Counted from the whole stretch's first letter, positions 10,687-23,597 are shown. The stretch is DNA of 63,865 nucleotides, filler included, from Octopus bimaculoides (GCF_001194135.2; 9 parts of 8 records of this genome joined end to end with filler, not necessarily neighbours in it), one strand, 5' to 3'. A program made the numbers and translations. The notes: generated by a model not told the origin, from the letters alone.

Positions 10687-11239
10687 GTGAGAGAGCAGTG
10701 TATGCCATCAAAGTGACACTGGGGTAAAATATATGAAACCCAGTATACTCATCATGACTACCTGTCTCATAAGGGTAAACCAAGGACATGCATTACAGCC
10801 ATATGTTCGCGAAAGGGTGATCGTATATCAGGATTAACAGCGCATGACCTTGTAGGTGGGACCCAGTTAGGATTTTCCTCAGATCGAGTAGCCCATCTCA
10901 CTCAAAAGGTCCCTGAATAAGAGTTGTTTAAGGATGTTAAACGAAGCAGCCATGTTTCCAGATGTGACTTGCCCAAACCCCAAAGAATTCATTCCTTTCA
11001 ACACATGTCTATGACGCTCCTCCAATACTTCTGCAGAGATGTACATATCGTCAGCCATCAAGGGACATGCTCAACTAGTTATTGTCAAGCAACTAACAAG
11101 CAAATCTGTGGCATTGAGCAGAATATTTGCTGTAGCCCATCTTTTTATACCAAGACAAAAGAATGTACATGATAACACTTCCAATCAGTTACGACGAGAA
11201 GCCATGAAAGATACTGCCTGGTAGTGCATCAGGGCATTT
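10686..11239 (-). mobile_element. 554-bp non-coding interspersed element embedded in (TAA)n
   Basis: Flanked on both sides by (TTA)n. Its 5' end AAATGCCCTGATGCA recurs at 305-318 and its 5' region recurs at 15761-15868. No credible ORF. Confidence 0.7.
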
Positions 11240-11269
11240 ATCATTATTATTATTATTATTATTATTATG

Positions 11270-11302
<33 letters not shown>

Positions 11303-11576
11303 GTTCAGTAGTTTTATTTTTATAACGTGCTTTCACTTAACTACCGAGCGCAGCTCTGTGCGCCTTGGGTATGTGCTGTGGTTTGCTGTGGTGCTCTTGT
11401 GGTTACTGTATTGAAAGTGTTTGGCGTAGGATATGTGCTGTGCCTAGTAGTGCAATTTTCTGTATGTTATATATATTTGTAAGTCCTGGTGTTTTTGTTA
11501 TGTATTTGTCTGAATATTTTTTTATTATACCTAAGGCACCTACTATGATAGGAATTGTTTCTGTTTTTAGATTCCA
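11303..11576 (-). mobile_element. 5'-truncated R4/Dong-like LINE 3' end (type A)
   Basis: Reverse complement of 1-266 at high identity; TAA-type repeats on both sides. Confidence 0.9.
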
Positions 11577-11598
11577 CTATTATTATTATTATTATTAT

Positions 11599-11651
<53 letters not shown>

Positions 11652-11888
11652 TTTTGTTTCCCTTGGTTATCTCTTGCACCTTATATTTTGTTAGACTTGC
11701 TTTCATTGTAATATACATGTGTATACACACACATACTCGCGCGCGCGCACATACACACACACACACACATACACATATATGTACGTATGTATACACACAC
11801 ACGCACACATATGCGTGCGAGCCTTTGATTGTACATATCTAGTTGCTTCAGAAAGATAGCAGCAAAGTGTTTCAATTTTTCATTACAG

Positions 11889-11961
11889 GTCTACCTGTAA
11901 AACGGATTCATGCAAATGTCGGAACTATATTTCCTTTGAAGAAATTGATAATCATTTAGAT
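11889..11961 (+). CDS. Candidate Cys-rich internal exon
   Basis: Acceptor TTTTTCATTACAG, open frame STCKTDSCKCRNYISFEEIDNHLD, weak donor GTAATC. Confidence 0.2.
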
Positions 11962-12589
11962 GTAATCGTTTTCTAACCTTTAACCGCTAGAAGTAAACTC
12001 CAAGATCAACCTCGAAGAAACTAGATGAAAATGAACATAATTTCATTTACAATTTCATTGAAAGTTTGCAATAAAGAACTGTGTTCGCCAATCTCCTCTC
12101 TCTCTCAATAGTATTGATATAGGTTTTAGCGCGAATGATTTTTAATTTGGATGCCTTAGTCGGAAATGCAATCGTATTGTAACTTGTTAGACATAGTTAC
12201 GTTATTAGGTCAATATGTCGTTATCGGTTTCATCTAAAGGTGAATAACTCGTCAGATTTAAACGATTTCCAATTTCTCGAATAGTAACTCAATTTCAAAG
12301 ACACTAGGTTTCCTATATGGATTTCACAATATTAATTAAATTCCTTTGAAGAGGTTATTATTGGTAGTTCCAGCCTGTAAAAGCTTTCCGACTGTGAAAG
12401 ACGAAAATAAAAGCAGTAGCGACATTTTCTTTTCTATTATTGTTAAGGGATATTTGAGTGGTTTGAGTAACATAGGAACACTGTTTACTGGATCTAAGGT
12501 GTTTCTGTTGAAGTGTTACGAAATCTTCGTTTCGAGACACAAAGAAGTATCATATATTTCTCTCTCTCTCATTCTCTCTCTCTCGCTCC

Positions 12590-12598
12590 ACACACACA

Positions 12599-12697
<99 letters not shown>

Positions 12698-12712
12698 GCA
12701 CGCACACACACA
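12590..12712. repeat. (CA)n microsatellite
   Basis: Direct reading; one of dozens of CA/TG, TA, CT and tetranucleotide tracts in the window. Confidence 0.95.
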
Positions 12713-12724
12713 TATATAGTGGAA

Positions 12725-12880
12725 ATTTACAGAAAAACAAAAGACGAAGACAGGTGTATGAACAACAAGCAGGTGTATTATTTTGATGCTCGACAAAGTG
12801 AGAAAGTCTTTTAAGTTTCGAGCCTACGCTCTTCAACAGAAAGGAATAAGAGAAAATAAACAGAGAGAATGAAAAAAACT
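12725..12880 (-). mobile_element. Penelope-type terminal repeat fragment with variant hammerhead motif (12808-12844)
   Basis: Homologous to 22100-22265; CUUU-CUGUUGA-A-GAGC-GUAG-GCUC-GAAA-C-UUA-AAAG. Confidence 0.55.
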
Positions 12881-13728
12881 GATCTATTGCATCTGAATAG
12901 CAGATCTTTTATTAATTTTTTTTAACTAAATAGTTTGAAAGTTCGAATGCTGGTAGAATTTCTCACGTAGAACACCGTTTACTCTGAACGTTTTTGATAA
13001 AATTTCCTATTTTGGAAGTTATTTCGTTTTAAAGTTGTTGTATTTGGATAATGTTAACCAATTACATGTTACCTATCACAATCATCTTATATTTTATCTA
13101 CGCATGCGCTGAGCAACCCTATTTGAAACAAAGCACAAGTGATACGAAGAAACCCACACACACAGAACCATACATAGAAAAATTGAGACATGTAAAAATA
13201 TTTTTATATGTGCCAATATGTCTACATATTGTCTATATATATCTATATACAAATATAAACATAAATATTTGAGTATGTGTGTGAGTGTGTGTGTGTATTA
13301 AAGAATTACTACTTGCGATAAGATAAATAACCTTTAACTAGAGATTAGGACTCCGTGTGTATCCTTGTATATTCAAATTCTAATCTAGTATTAAACAATT
13401 TGTGATAGTTTCTTATGTGTCATGTAAACTTGAATAAACGCTAACTAAATTACAATTTCCTCTCTCTACAGCCTTCTAAACCATTAAATATTGTTAAGTT
13501 AAAATTTTCTTTGACAACTTCTTAGATAGTTGAGTTACCTGTTTTTCCTCAGACATCCTGACAGCAGTAATTCTTCTTTGTTTCTTTCTCTCTTTATTTC
13601 ACTGATAAATATAATAATACCATACTCTTTCTAAACTACTAGAAGAAGGTTTGGATTTGTTCCCCTTTTTTTCTAAAATATTATGCACATTTCCAATTTA
13701 GCCCTTTCAGTCAACATATGCAGAGTAA

Positions 13729-13900
13729 TGATCCTGAAATTTGGGGTAGGGGAACAAGTCAATTACATCGACTCCAGTGTTTTACTGGTACCTAGCTTAT
13801 CGGCGCCGAAAGGATGAAAGGCAAAGTTGACCTCAGCGGAATTTGAAATAGGAGCGTAAAGGCGGACGAAATGCCGCTAAGCATTTTGCCCGGCGTGCTA
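13729..13900 (-). mobile_element. SINE family B
   Basis: GAAAGGATGAAAGGCAAAGTTGACCTCAGCGGAATTTGAA...GAAATGCCGCTAAGCATTTTGCCCGGCG. Confidence 0.85.
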
Positions 13901-14001
13901 TGTTCATTACTAATATTCGTTAAAGAAACACGTGCAAAGATTATATAATTTGTGATATTATAATGAAGAATGAACTAAATGTCGTATATATTCAATATAT
14001 C

Positions 14002-14275
14002 GGGCCGGACTGTGTGTTGTGTTCTTGAGCTAGACACTTTATTTCATATTCTCCAATTCATACAGCTACAAAAATTAGTCGCGACCTCACTAGTGCCAAG
14101 CTGTATCGACCTTTTCCCTACGTTTGGATAACATCGGTGGCGTCGAGATGGTAGGTTATATGCATGAGTAACTGCTGGTCTTCAATAAAGAATCTTGCTC
14201 GGACTTGTGCCTCTGAGGGGAACTTTCAAGGTATAACCCCATGGTCATTAATGACAGAAGGGGTCTTTACCCTGT
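14002..14275 (+). mobile_element. SINE family C (head truncated)
   Basis: GTGTTGTGTTCTTGAGCTAGACACTTTATTTC...GCCAAGCTGTATCG...GGACTTGTGCCTC...GAAGGGGTCTTTA, homologous to 32652-32994. Confidence 0.85.
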
Positions 14276-14572
14276 TATTACCCTGCATGTATGTATATAT
14301 ATATATATATNNNNNNNNNNNNNNNNNNNNNNNNNNNNNNNNNNNNNNNNNNNNNNNNNNNNNNNNNNNNNNNNNNNNNNNNNNNNNNNNNNNNNNNNNN
14401 NNNNNNNNNNNNNNNNNNNNNNNNNNNNNNNNNNNNNNNNNNNNNNNNNNNNNNNNNNNNNNNNNNNNNNNNNNNNNNNNNNNNNNNNNNNNNNNNNNNN
14501 NNNNNNNNNNNNNNNNNNNNNNNNNNNNNNNNNNNNNNNNNNNNNNNNNNNNNNNNNNNNNNNNNNNNNNNN

Positions 14573-14638
<66 letters not shown>

Positions 14639-15464
14639 CAGTTGTATATAGTAACACAAAGGCAGATAGATATATTCTAATAATGATTTCATAGATATAG
14701 TTTGAGTTATAAAATCATAAGACTAAAAAGATCACTCACAGAGAATGAGAGACAGACAGAGAGAGATACACGTTGATGTGACTGATAGGTAGGACAAACT
14801 CTCGTACTGTTACACAGTCAAACTATTGGCCGATAAATACAATGTATATGATAAACACGACACACACACACACACATTCACAAGCGTACGCAGACGCACA
14901 CACACACACACACACACACATACACAATCACGTATGCACCCCCACACAATGAAAGCATTTATAAAATCTTTATGTTCTAAACTGCATAAACATGGATCTC
15001 TTTCGGAAATTAATTCGTTCTATTCCTATCTCCTGAATAGAAAGAAAGAAGTTCTATCAAACCGATGTTGTAATTAACAGAGATAGATAATGTTCTTTGA
15101 TTAATAGCTTGCTATATACTTTGTCTGTACATTGAATACTGCACATAATTATAGGTTAGAATTTATTTTAATTAATGATAACTTTTGCCTTCAAAAACCT
15201 GACAGAAAAAAAAAAGATAAATAAAAATGCTCATCTCCGAATATAACTTTAGATTAATTATTTTCTTATCAAAGTCATCATGGCTGTTGTTGCTGCTGTT
15301 GCTTCTGTTGTTTTTGATATTTTTAGTTTTGAATCGATAGAAAGTTGAACAAAAATGCTGTTCAATGTGTGTTCAGCTTTTGTACGTCCTGCGTTCAAAT
15401 TCCAGCTAGTTATACTTTGCCTTTCGTTCTTAAAGTTTCAAATAGATAATAATAACGAATCGTC

Positions 15465-15560
15465 CAGTGGTAGGATGTGTGGCAGCAGAAAAGAAAATAT
15501 CTCACATATTGTGAATGATTGTAGCAAGCTGGACTGTAAAACACAAAGATAGACTTAACA
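15465..15560 (+). pseudogene. R4/Dong-like LINE CCHC zinc-knuckle fragment
   Basis: GRMCGSRKENISHIVNDCSKL parallels CRICGKRVESVTYIVSVC at about 42800. Confidence 0.6.
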
Positions 15561-15760
15561 TGCGCAAAAGAACGAAGCAACAAAACACAACAGACCCAAA
15601 CTGTAGGAATGCATGATCAAAATGCACCAAATCAGAACACCACAGAAAAAATATAAACGGAAAGGAATGTGGAACCAATCTAAAAACTGGAAACAATAAA
15701 GGTGAAAATCATGATTATGATAGTCTACAAATGAGTGTAATCAAGGAATTAAAAGCCACT

Positions 15761-15868
15761 GAATATTTGCTGTAAGCCCATCATTTATACCAAGACAAAA
15801 CAATGTACATGATGACACTTCCAATCGGTTAAGATGAAAAAGCATGAGACCCACTGCCTGATAGTGCA
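15761..15868 (-). mobile_element. Fragment of the 554-bp TAA-embedded element
   Basis: GAATATTTGCTGTA-GCCCATC...CCAAGACAAAA-AATGTACATGAT-ACACTTCCAATC-GTT...ACTGCCTG-TAGTGCA aligns to 11121-11228. Confidence 0.8.
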
Positions 15869-15875
15869 ACAACAA

Positions 15876-15913
<38 letters not shown>

Positions 15914-15914
<1 letters not shown>

Positions 15915-16200
15915 TTATGTTTGACTTTTGTTTTGCATTTGTACAAGTTGGATCCAAGTCTCACCCAGAGACCTCAAGAGACAACAAGTTAGAAGTTCAT
16001 GTAGGTGTTATGCCTAGGGTACCATATATTTGGATTTGTACAGTTTTGTTCTAGTGAATGTTTAAGAAACCATAAGAAAATTATGTGTTTGCTTTAAAAT
16101 TTGAGATCACATGGACAGTATTTTACGTAGGATATGGGCAGTTCCCATGAGCACTATGTTTTGAACTTCAGCCATTTTGGGGTTTCCTGGTATCTGAGCT
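15914..16200 (-). mobile_element. R4/Dong-like LINE 3' end (3' UTR type C) with (AAT)n tail 15887-15913
   Basis: AQIPGNPKMAEVQNIVLMGTAHILRKILSM* (stop 16109-16107); runs into an assembly gap. Confidence 0.8.
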
Positions 16201-16300
16201 NNNNNNNNNNNNNNNNNNNNNNNNNNNNNNNNNNNNNNNNNNNNTTAATTAATTAANNNNNNNNNNNNNNNNNNNNNNNNNNNNNNNNNNNNNNNNNNNN
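16201..16300. other. Artificial 100-nt scaffold spacer (44 N + TTAATTAATTAA + 44 N); also at 21551, 27557, 32007, 46382, 49916, 54706 and 62044
   Basis: Identical geometry eight times; a self-complementary 12-mer with stops in all six frames. Confidence 0.95.
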
Positions 16301-16407
<107 letters not shown>

Positions 16408-16462
16408 GTATGTATCTTATGTAGGTAGGTAGGTAAGTAGGTAGGTACACAGAGAGAAAAAC

Positions 16463-16509
<47 letters not shown>

Positions 16510-17177
16510 AATAGTTGATGATACTTTGGTAATCGGAGTTTCACACACAGTATCAATCAGATAATTTCGTGAATGAAGTTACGAGGTGATATTTCCGCAG
16601 AACATAATCAAAGTGAATTCCTATTTGTTGAGAACGATTGATTAGACTAATGAAAAATGACTGGACATCTTATCTGTAAGGGAAGCACCATTATCCAGAA
16701 AGCTTATGCATGGTGGTTCATTCGTCCTGATACTTAGGAATGTGTATCGTATGACTTAAATTCTTCTCAAGTTTGAAAACTTTTCAACAAGTATATAATC
16801 CAATGCCAGCATTTAGATAATATATCGGACCTACAACTGATAAGTATTTCTGGGTGGTTCAAGAAATGAATCATCAAATTCAGATAATGCCTCCTTTTAT
16901 GATATCAGGCGGAATGTAGGGTAGCTCTGTCAACAATGTTTCATTTTATTAAATGAAGTTTGTGGTTCTTCGTCCCTGAGTTTCCACATAGACTGGAAGA
17001 GAAATATGAAATTTTTCCGCTTCTTGAAAAACAAATAAAGATGTTATGGTGACGATATATATATGAGCGTATGCGTGTGTGTGTGTGTATGTGCATGTGC
17101 GTGCGTGCGTGCGCGTGCGTGTGTTTGCCTGTATGTGTGTGCGTATGTGTGTACGTGAGTATTATGTATGCATGTAC

Positions 17178-17208
<31 letters not shown>

Positions 17209-17270
17209 TTCATATATATATGTACATATGTATATATGTATGTATGTATTTATGTATGCATACATGTATG

Positions 17271-17318
<48 letters not shown>

Positions 17319-18183
17319 AATGCATANNNNNNNNNNNNNNNNNNNNNNNNNNNNNNNNNNNNNNNNNNNNNNNNNNNNNNNNNNNNNNNNNNNNNNNNNN
17401 NNNNNNNNNNNNNNNNNNNNNNNNNNNNNNNNNNNNNNNNNNNNNNNNNNNNNNNNNNNNNNNNNNNNNNNNNNNNNNNNNNNNNNNNNNNNNNNNNNNN
17501 NNNNNNNNNNNNNNNNNNNNNNNNNNNNNNNNNNNNNNNNNNNNNNNNNNNNNNNNNNNNNNNNNNNNNNNNNNNNNNNNNNNNNNNNNNNNNNNNNNNN
17601 NNNNNNNNNNNNNNNNNNNNNNNNNNNNNNNNNNNNNNNNNNNNNNNNNNNNNNNNNNNNNNNNNNNNNNNNNNNNNNNNNNNNNNNNNNNNNNNNNNNN
17701 NNNNNNNNNNNNNNNNNNNNNNNNNNNNNNNNNNNNNNNNNNNNNNNNNNNNNNNNNNNNNNNNNNNNNNNNNNTATATATATATATATATATATATGGA
17801 CACGCAATATATCCGCTGGTTACAATGACAGCGTATGTTGCAGCTAACATCATTTGCAGTTGCTGCACAGAACCAATTAATGATGACACGATAAGCAGAA
17901 AGCTTCTAGACAAGAACGGTGGAAGTATGTTTCTTCGGAGGATGACTGGATTTTGTCCAATTAAGAAGTTTTTCTTTCAGTTATATCTGCCGCTAACACC
18001 ACCATGGACATTGTCATTATCATTATCATCATGGTTACCTTCATGTTCAACATGATCATCATCAATTACATACAACTACACCTCGCCACACGCCTATCGC
18101 CCAACAACGAACAAACTACAGAGTACAGAAGAAATAAACGCGAAATCCTTCACGTTTGAAAACGTTAACAATATACGTGTGCA

Positions 18184-18233
<50 letters not shown>

Positions 18234-18693
18234 TGCGTGCGCGCGTGCATGTGTGTGTGTGTGTGCGTGTGTATGTATATGCGTGCGTGTGTTTTGTGTG
18301 TGTGTGCGTGTGAAATACTGAGAGAGAAAGAGAGTGAGAGAGGTAANNNNNNNNNNNNNNNNNNNNNNNNNNNNNNNNNNNNNNNNNNNNNNNNNNNNNN
18401 NNNNNNNNNNNNNNNNNNNNNNNNNNNNNNNNNNNNNNNNNNNNNNNNNNNNNNNNNNNNNNNNNNNNNNNNNNNNNNNNNNNNNNNNNNNNNNNNNNNN
18501 NNNNNNNNNNNNNNNNNNNNNNNNNNNNNNNNNNNNNNNNNNNNNNNNNNNNNNNNNNNNNNNNNNNNNNNNNNNNNNNNNNNNNNNNNNNNNNNNNNNN
18601 NNNNNNNNNNNNNNNNNNNNNNNNNNNNNNNNNNNNNNNNNNNNNNNNNNNNNNNNTGTGTGTATGTGAATAGACCGACAACCAAATAGATAA

Positions 18694-18758
<65 letters not shown>

Positions 18759-18933
18759 CAGATGTATGTATGCACACACGTGCATCTTTCTCTGTCTCTC
18801 CATGTATATATATATGTATGTATGTATGTATGTATATATACATAGATATATATTTATCAATTGATTGATTGTGGTCACTTTAACCTTGACAAATGAACAA
18901 ATGCTTGTGTGTGTGTGTTTGTGTTTCTGTGTG

Positions 18934-19006
<73 letters not shown>

Positions 19007-19191
19007 GCGTGTGTGTGTGTGTTTGTGTGTGGATGTGTGTGTATGTGGCTGTGTACATGTTAAGAACTTTACCAATATCTATCAGTGTAAAACATCTAAA
19101 TAACAGTTACTCTGAAGCTGTTCATGCATTTAAAGATTTGCTTCCAAAGCAAAACGCTTTGCAATATTTGTGACTATGTTTGTTTGTGTGT

Positions 19192-19244
<53 letters not shown>

Positions 19245-19649
19245 AAGAGAATAATAGTGTGATAGATTGTTAAAGAAAGAGATAGGAGAGATGTGACAAA
19301 GAGAGATAGAAAGTTAGAGGTAGTTAGACTAATAGATAAGTAAATAGAATGATAGATCCATAGATAGACAGAGTGAGAGAGAAAGAAAGAAAGAGAAAGG
19401 GGGAGGGGCAGGAGGGAGAAAGAAAGAGAGAGATTGGGTGATGGATGAATGAAGGGAGAAAATGAGAGGGAGAAGACTAAATGAACACGAAAAACCCAAA
19501 ATATTGCATATACTGATATATAGACATATACATATATAATATACGTGTGTGCGAATTGATAATATATTCATGTTGGTATGGAAACATATCAGTTTACAAT
19601 ACACCCCTATAGCTCTCTTTCACTCTCTTTTTGTCTTTTTCTATCTCTC

Positions 19650-19691
<42 letters not shown>

Positions 19692-20439
19692 NNNNNNNNN
19701 NNNNNNNNNNNNNNNNNNNNNNNNNNNNNNNNNNNNNNNNNNNNNNNNNNNNNNNNNNNNNNNNNNNNNNNNNNNNNNNNNNNNNNNNNNNNNNNNNNNN
19801 NNNNNNNNNNNNNNNNNNNNNNNNNNNNNNNNNNNNNNNNNNNNNNNNNNNNNNNNNNNNNNNNNNNNNNNNNNNNNNNNNNNNNNNNNNNNNNNNNNNN
19901 NNNNNNNNNNNNNNNNNNNNNNNNNNNNNNNNNNNNNNNNNNNNNNNNNNNNNNNNNNNNNNNNNNNNNNNNNNNNNNNNNNNNNNNNNNNNNNNNNNNN
20001 NNNNNNNNNNNNNNNNNNNNNNNNNNNNNNNNNNNNNNNNNNNNNNNNNNNNNNNNNNNNNNNNNNNNNNNNNNNNNNNNNNNNNNNNNNNNNNNNNNNN
20101 NNNNNNNNNNNNNNNNNNNNNNNNNNNNNNNNNNNNNNNNNNNNNNNNNNNNNNNNNNNNNNNNNNNNNNNNNNNNNNNNNNNNNNNNNNNNNNNNNNNN
20201 NNNNNNNNNNNNNNNNNNNNNNNNNNNNNNNNNNNNNNNNNNNNNNNNNNNNNNNNNNNNNNNNNNNNNNNNNNNNNNNNNNNNNNNNNNNNNNNNNNNN
20301 NNNNNNNNNNNNNNNNNNNNNNNNNNNNNNNNNNNNNNNTATATATATATATATATATATTAATAATAATAAAGGAGTTACGACGCAAAAAAGTATATAT
20401 TTAAATGAACATATTTATCTTCTTCGATATATATTTCAG

Positions 20440-20682
20440 TATAAAGAATTCATTAAGAGATTTAATAAATCAAAATTTCTTTACACATCTTCAGGAAAAA
20501 TAAATATAACACCAGAAAACTACATTCGGTTTAAAAATACAAACCGTTCATGGCGAAAAAATTTCACAATTACAAAAACCGTTTATAAGGATTTATGTAT
20601 AAGCACAGAAGGTGCATTCCATCACGTATATCCCTTTCTTAACAAAGAAATATATTGCTCTGGTGTTTCATTTAAAAAATAA
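20440..20682 (+). CDS. Candidate terminal coding exon, unknown product
   Basis: TTTCAG acceptor, then YKEFIKRFNKSKFLYTSSGKINITPENYIRFKNTNRSWRKNFTITKTVYKDLCISTEGAFHHVYPFLNKEIYCSGVSFKK*. The frame is open for about 110 codons in very AT-rich DNA. Confidence 0.3.
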   Translation, partial: YKEFIKRFNKSKFLYTSSGKINITPENYIRFKNTNRSWRKNFTITKTVYKDLCISTEGAFHHVYPFLNKEIYCSGVSFKK

Positions 20683-21465
20683 CTCAACAATTACGATAAT
20701 CCTTAAATATATTTGATAAATATACATGAACCAATTTTGACACATTGACAATATGTGCAACAGCTGGAAAAGGCAAGTAGGGACTTTCTCTGTAGTTGCT
20801 CAATAGGCAAGAAATATCAACCAAATCTGTCTTAAATTGCTTGATATGAAGGGCATATGGGATAATGCTTTTCTGAATGCAAATCTAAAATAGAATGGTT
20901 ACTGCTAGAGCCATTTTGATCATGGATGTGGTTGATCCTAGCCGACCTAGGAATATTCAACACGAATGCTTAGATGTAAAGCATTACTCAATTAAGCTTA
21001 TGAATATAAAAGCAGCTCTGAAGGCCCATCTTGTTCAACAAAATCCAGGAAGAAAGAAGTTTCAGGCCTACCCATACTGTCTTGTTTAACCGTAAGATCT
21101 GAGCTGTACATGCAAGCCTAGGATGAAAGAAATTCCAGTATGTCGATATTAACTATGTCATTTCTGTTTTCAGACCTGGTGCACGTATAAGGGATTAACC
21201 AATATGTCCTTCATTAAAAAAGCTCCAAGACATGATTTCATGAAGGTTTGGCTTCTATTTCTTATAGGTTCGACAATCATTTAAAGACTCCTCATTCATC
21301 GGTATATACGAACATTGATGTGAAAAAAAGGATTTCATTCAGAACGCAAAGTAAACTAGAAGTGTTGATTTCGACGTACACTGACTACTTGCAGTTATAT
21401 ACAAACAAGCATATCATATAATATACATCTACACACACACACACACACTCACACACACACACACA

Positions 21466-21514
<49 letters not shown>

Positions 21515-21650
21515 GCTCGCACGCACACACATACACACACACACACATACNNNNNNNNNNNNNNNNNNNNNNNNNNNNNNNNNNNNNNNNNNNNTTAATT
21601 AATTAANNNNNNNNNNNNNNNNNNNNNNNNNNNNNNNNNNNNNNNNNNNN

Positions 21651-21683
<33 letters not shown>

Positions 21684-21703
21684 CGTAGAGGGAGTGGAAA
21701 TAA

Positions 21704-21750
<47 letters not shown>

Positions 21751-22099
21751 GGTGGTGGTCGTAGTGTTGTTGGTAGTCGTGATTATTAGTGTTGGTGTTG
21801 GTGATGGTGATATATGATTACAATAATCATAGCAGTGGTGGTGGTAGTGGTGGTGATAAGGATGTTGTTGTTGGTGTTGTTGATGTTGTTGTTGGTGCCG
21901 GTTGTACATGAATACGATAACTACATTTGTGGTAGAAGGCGGTGAGCTGGCAGAAACGTTAGCACGCCGAGATACAACTCACTCAGCAAGAACTCCCTAC
22001 TAGAAAGGACCATGACACAACACAACTTGACTTTAAAAAAGGATTTAGCTAATCCTATCAGGTGAGGCAATTAAGTTAGATACTGACCGACAGCTTCAA

Positions 22100-22264
22100 A
22101 AGTTTTTTTATTCTCTCTCTCTTTATTTCCTCGCGTTCCTTTCTGTTGAAGAGCGTAGGCTCGAAACGTAAAAGACTTTCTCACCTTCCCGAGCGTTAAA
22201 CTAATATGACTGTTTGTTGTTTATACATCTGTCTTCGTCTTCTGTTTTTCTGTAATTTTCAACA

Positions 22265-22265
<1 letters not shown>
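22100..22265 (+). mobile_element. Penelope-type terminal repeat fragment with variant hammerhead motif (22139-22174)
   Basis: CUUU-CUGUUGA-A-GAGC-GUAG-GCUC-GAAA-C-GUA-AAAG; a second copy lies at 12725-12880. Confidence 0.6.
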
Positions 22266-22327
<62 letters not shown>

Positions 22328-22334
22328 CATATGT

Positions 22335-22563
22335 ATTTATTTGTCTTTGCGTATAAATTTGTATACATGCGTATAAATTGACAACCGATGGTGGTGTGTT
22401 TACGTTCCCGTAACTTAGCGGTTTGGCAAAAAGGGACCGATAGAATAAGTACTAGGCTTACAAAGAATAAGTCCTGGGGTCGATTTGCTCGACTAAAGGC
22501 GGTGCTCCAGCATGGCCGCTGTCAAATGACTGAAACAAGTAAAAGAGTAAAAGAGTAAAAGAG
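22335..22563 (+). mobile_element. SINE family A, 3' part with (AAGAGTA)n tail
   Basis: GACCGATAGAATAAGTACTAGGC...CTGGGGTCGATTTGCTCGACTAAAGGCGGTGCTCCAGCATGGCCG...GAAACAAGTAAAAGAGTAAAAGAG. Confidence 0.9.
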
Positions 22564-23142
22564 ATGTACTGAATGCATGAAGTGTTATGGTTGGGCCCAA
22601 GGCCCAATGAAGAGCTCTCCATTGGAGCTAGCCTAAAAGCCGCCCGACATTCATACGTGTGTGTGTATGTATGCACACACACATACAAACTGTCACAAGC
22701 TTGGCATGAACTACTTAATTATTCATTAGCTTAACCGTTGATTTTCATGTGAGGTTACATCGATATGTGTTTGTATGCATATGTGTATGCTTGTGTGCAT
22801 ACATGTAGCTACACATCTCTCTAGATATAATTACAAATGTAATTATATATGCATTTATATACTTACTCATTTACATACCGATATGTTTCCATAATCCTCC
22901 TACGCGTTTACAACACACACGTACACCCACACGTACACACACACACGCGCGCACACACACACACATCGTACATGCCTCTGAGCATGTCTATACGTCACAT
23001 ATGTTAGTCTTGGTCCATTCCGTATAACCATTCACTAACTTAATGTTGCCGTTCACGCAATTTGCTACAACCGGAAGTTTTCCTTGGCTACCATCTCTTG
23101 GCATAATCTATAATCTCTCCTTCTCTTTCTATTTTTGTTTGT

Positions 23143-23186
<44 letters not shown>

Positions 23187-23224
23187 ATTTGTTACACTCT
23201 CTCTCTTTCTCTTGTTTCTACCGT

Positions 23225-23597
23225 GGAGGCGCAACGGCCCAGTGGTTAGGGCAGCGGACACGCGGTCGTAGGATCGCAGTTTCGATTCCCTGACCGGGCA
23301 TTATGAGTGTTTATTGAGCAAAAACACCTAAAAAAGCTCCACGAGGCTCTGGCAGGGGATGGTGGCGAACCCTGCTGTAGTCTCTCACCACAACTTTCTC
23401 TCACACTTTCTTCCTGTTTCTGTTGTACCTCCTATTTCAAAGGGCCAGCCTTGTCACACTCTGTGTCACGCTGAATCTCCCCCAAGAACTACGTTAAGAG
23501 TACAAGTGTCTGTGGAGTGCTCAGCCACTTGCACGTTAATTTCACGAGCAGTCTGTTCCGTTGATCGGACTAACTGGAACCCTCGTCGGAGTGCCAA
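23225..23597 (+). mobile_element. tRNA-derived SINE family D, near full length
   Basis: GGCGCAACGGCCCAGTGGTTAGGGC A-box region and GTTTCGATTCCC B-box; the 3' part recurs at 37075-37180. Confidence 0.8.

Noticed and set aside
11900-12440. Minus-strand LRR/Toll-like-looking fragments with a signal-like MSLLLLFSSF start (similar impression at 16600-17000)
   Set aside because: Requires many stops and frame changes; a Leu/Asn-rich pattern is expected from AT-rich DNA.
16245-16256. TTAATTAATTAA palindrome recurring eight times
   Set aside because: Always centred in 44N+12+44N; a scaffolding spacer with six-frame stops, not biology.
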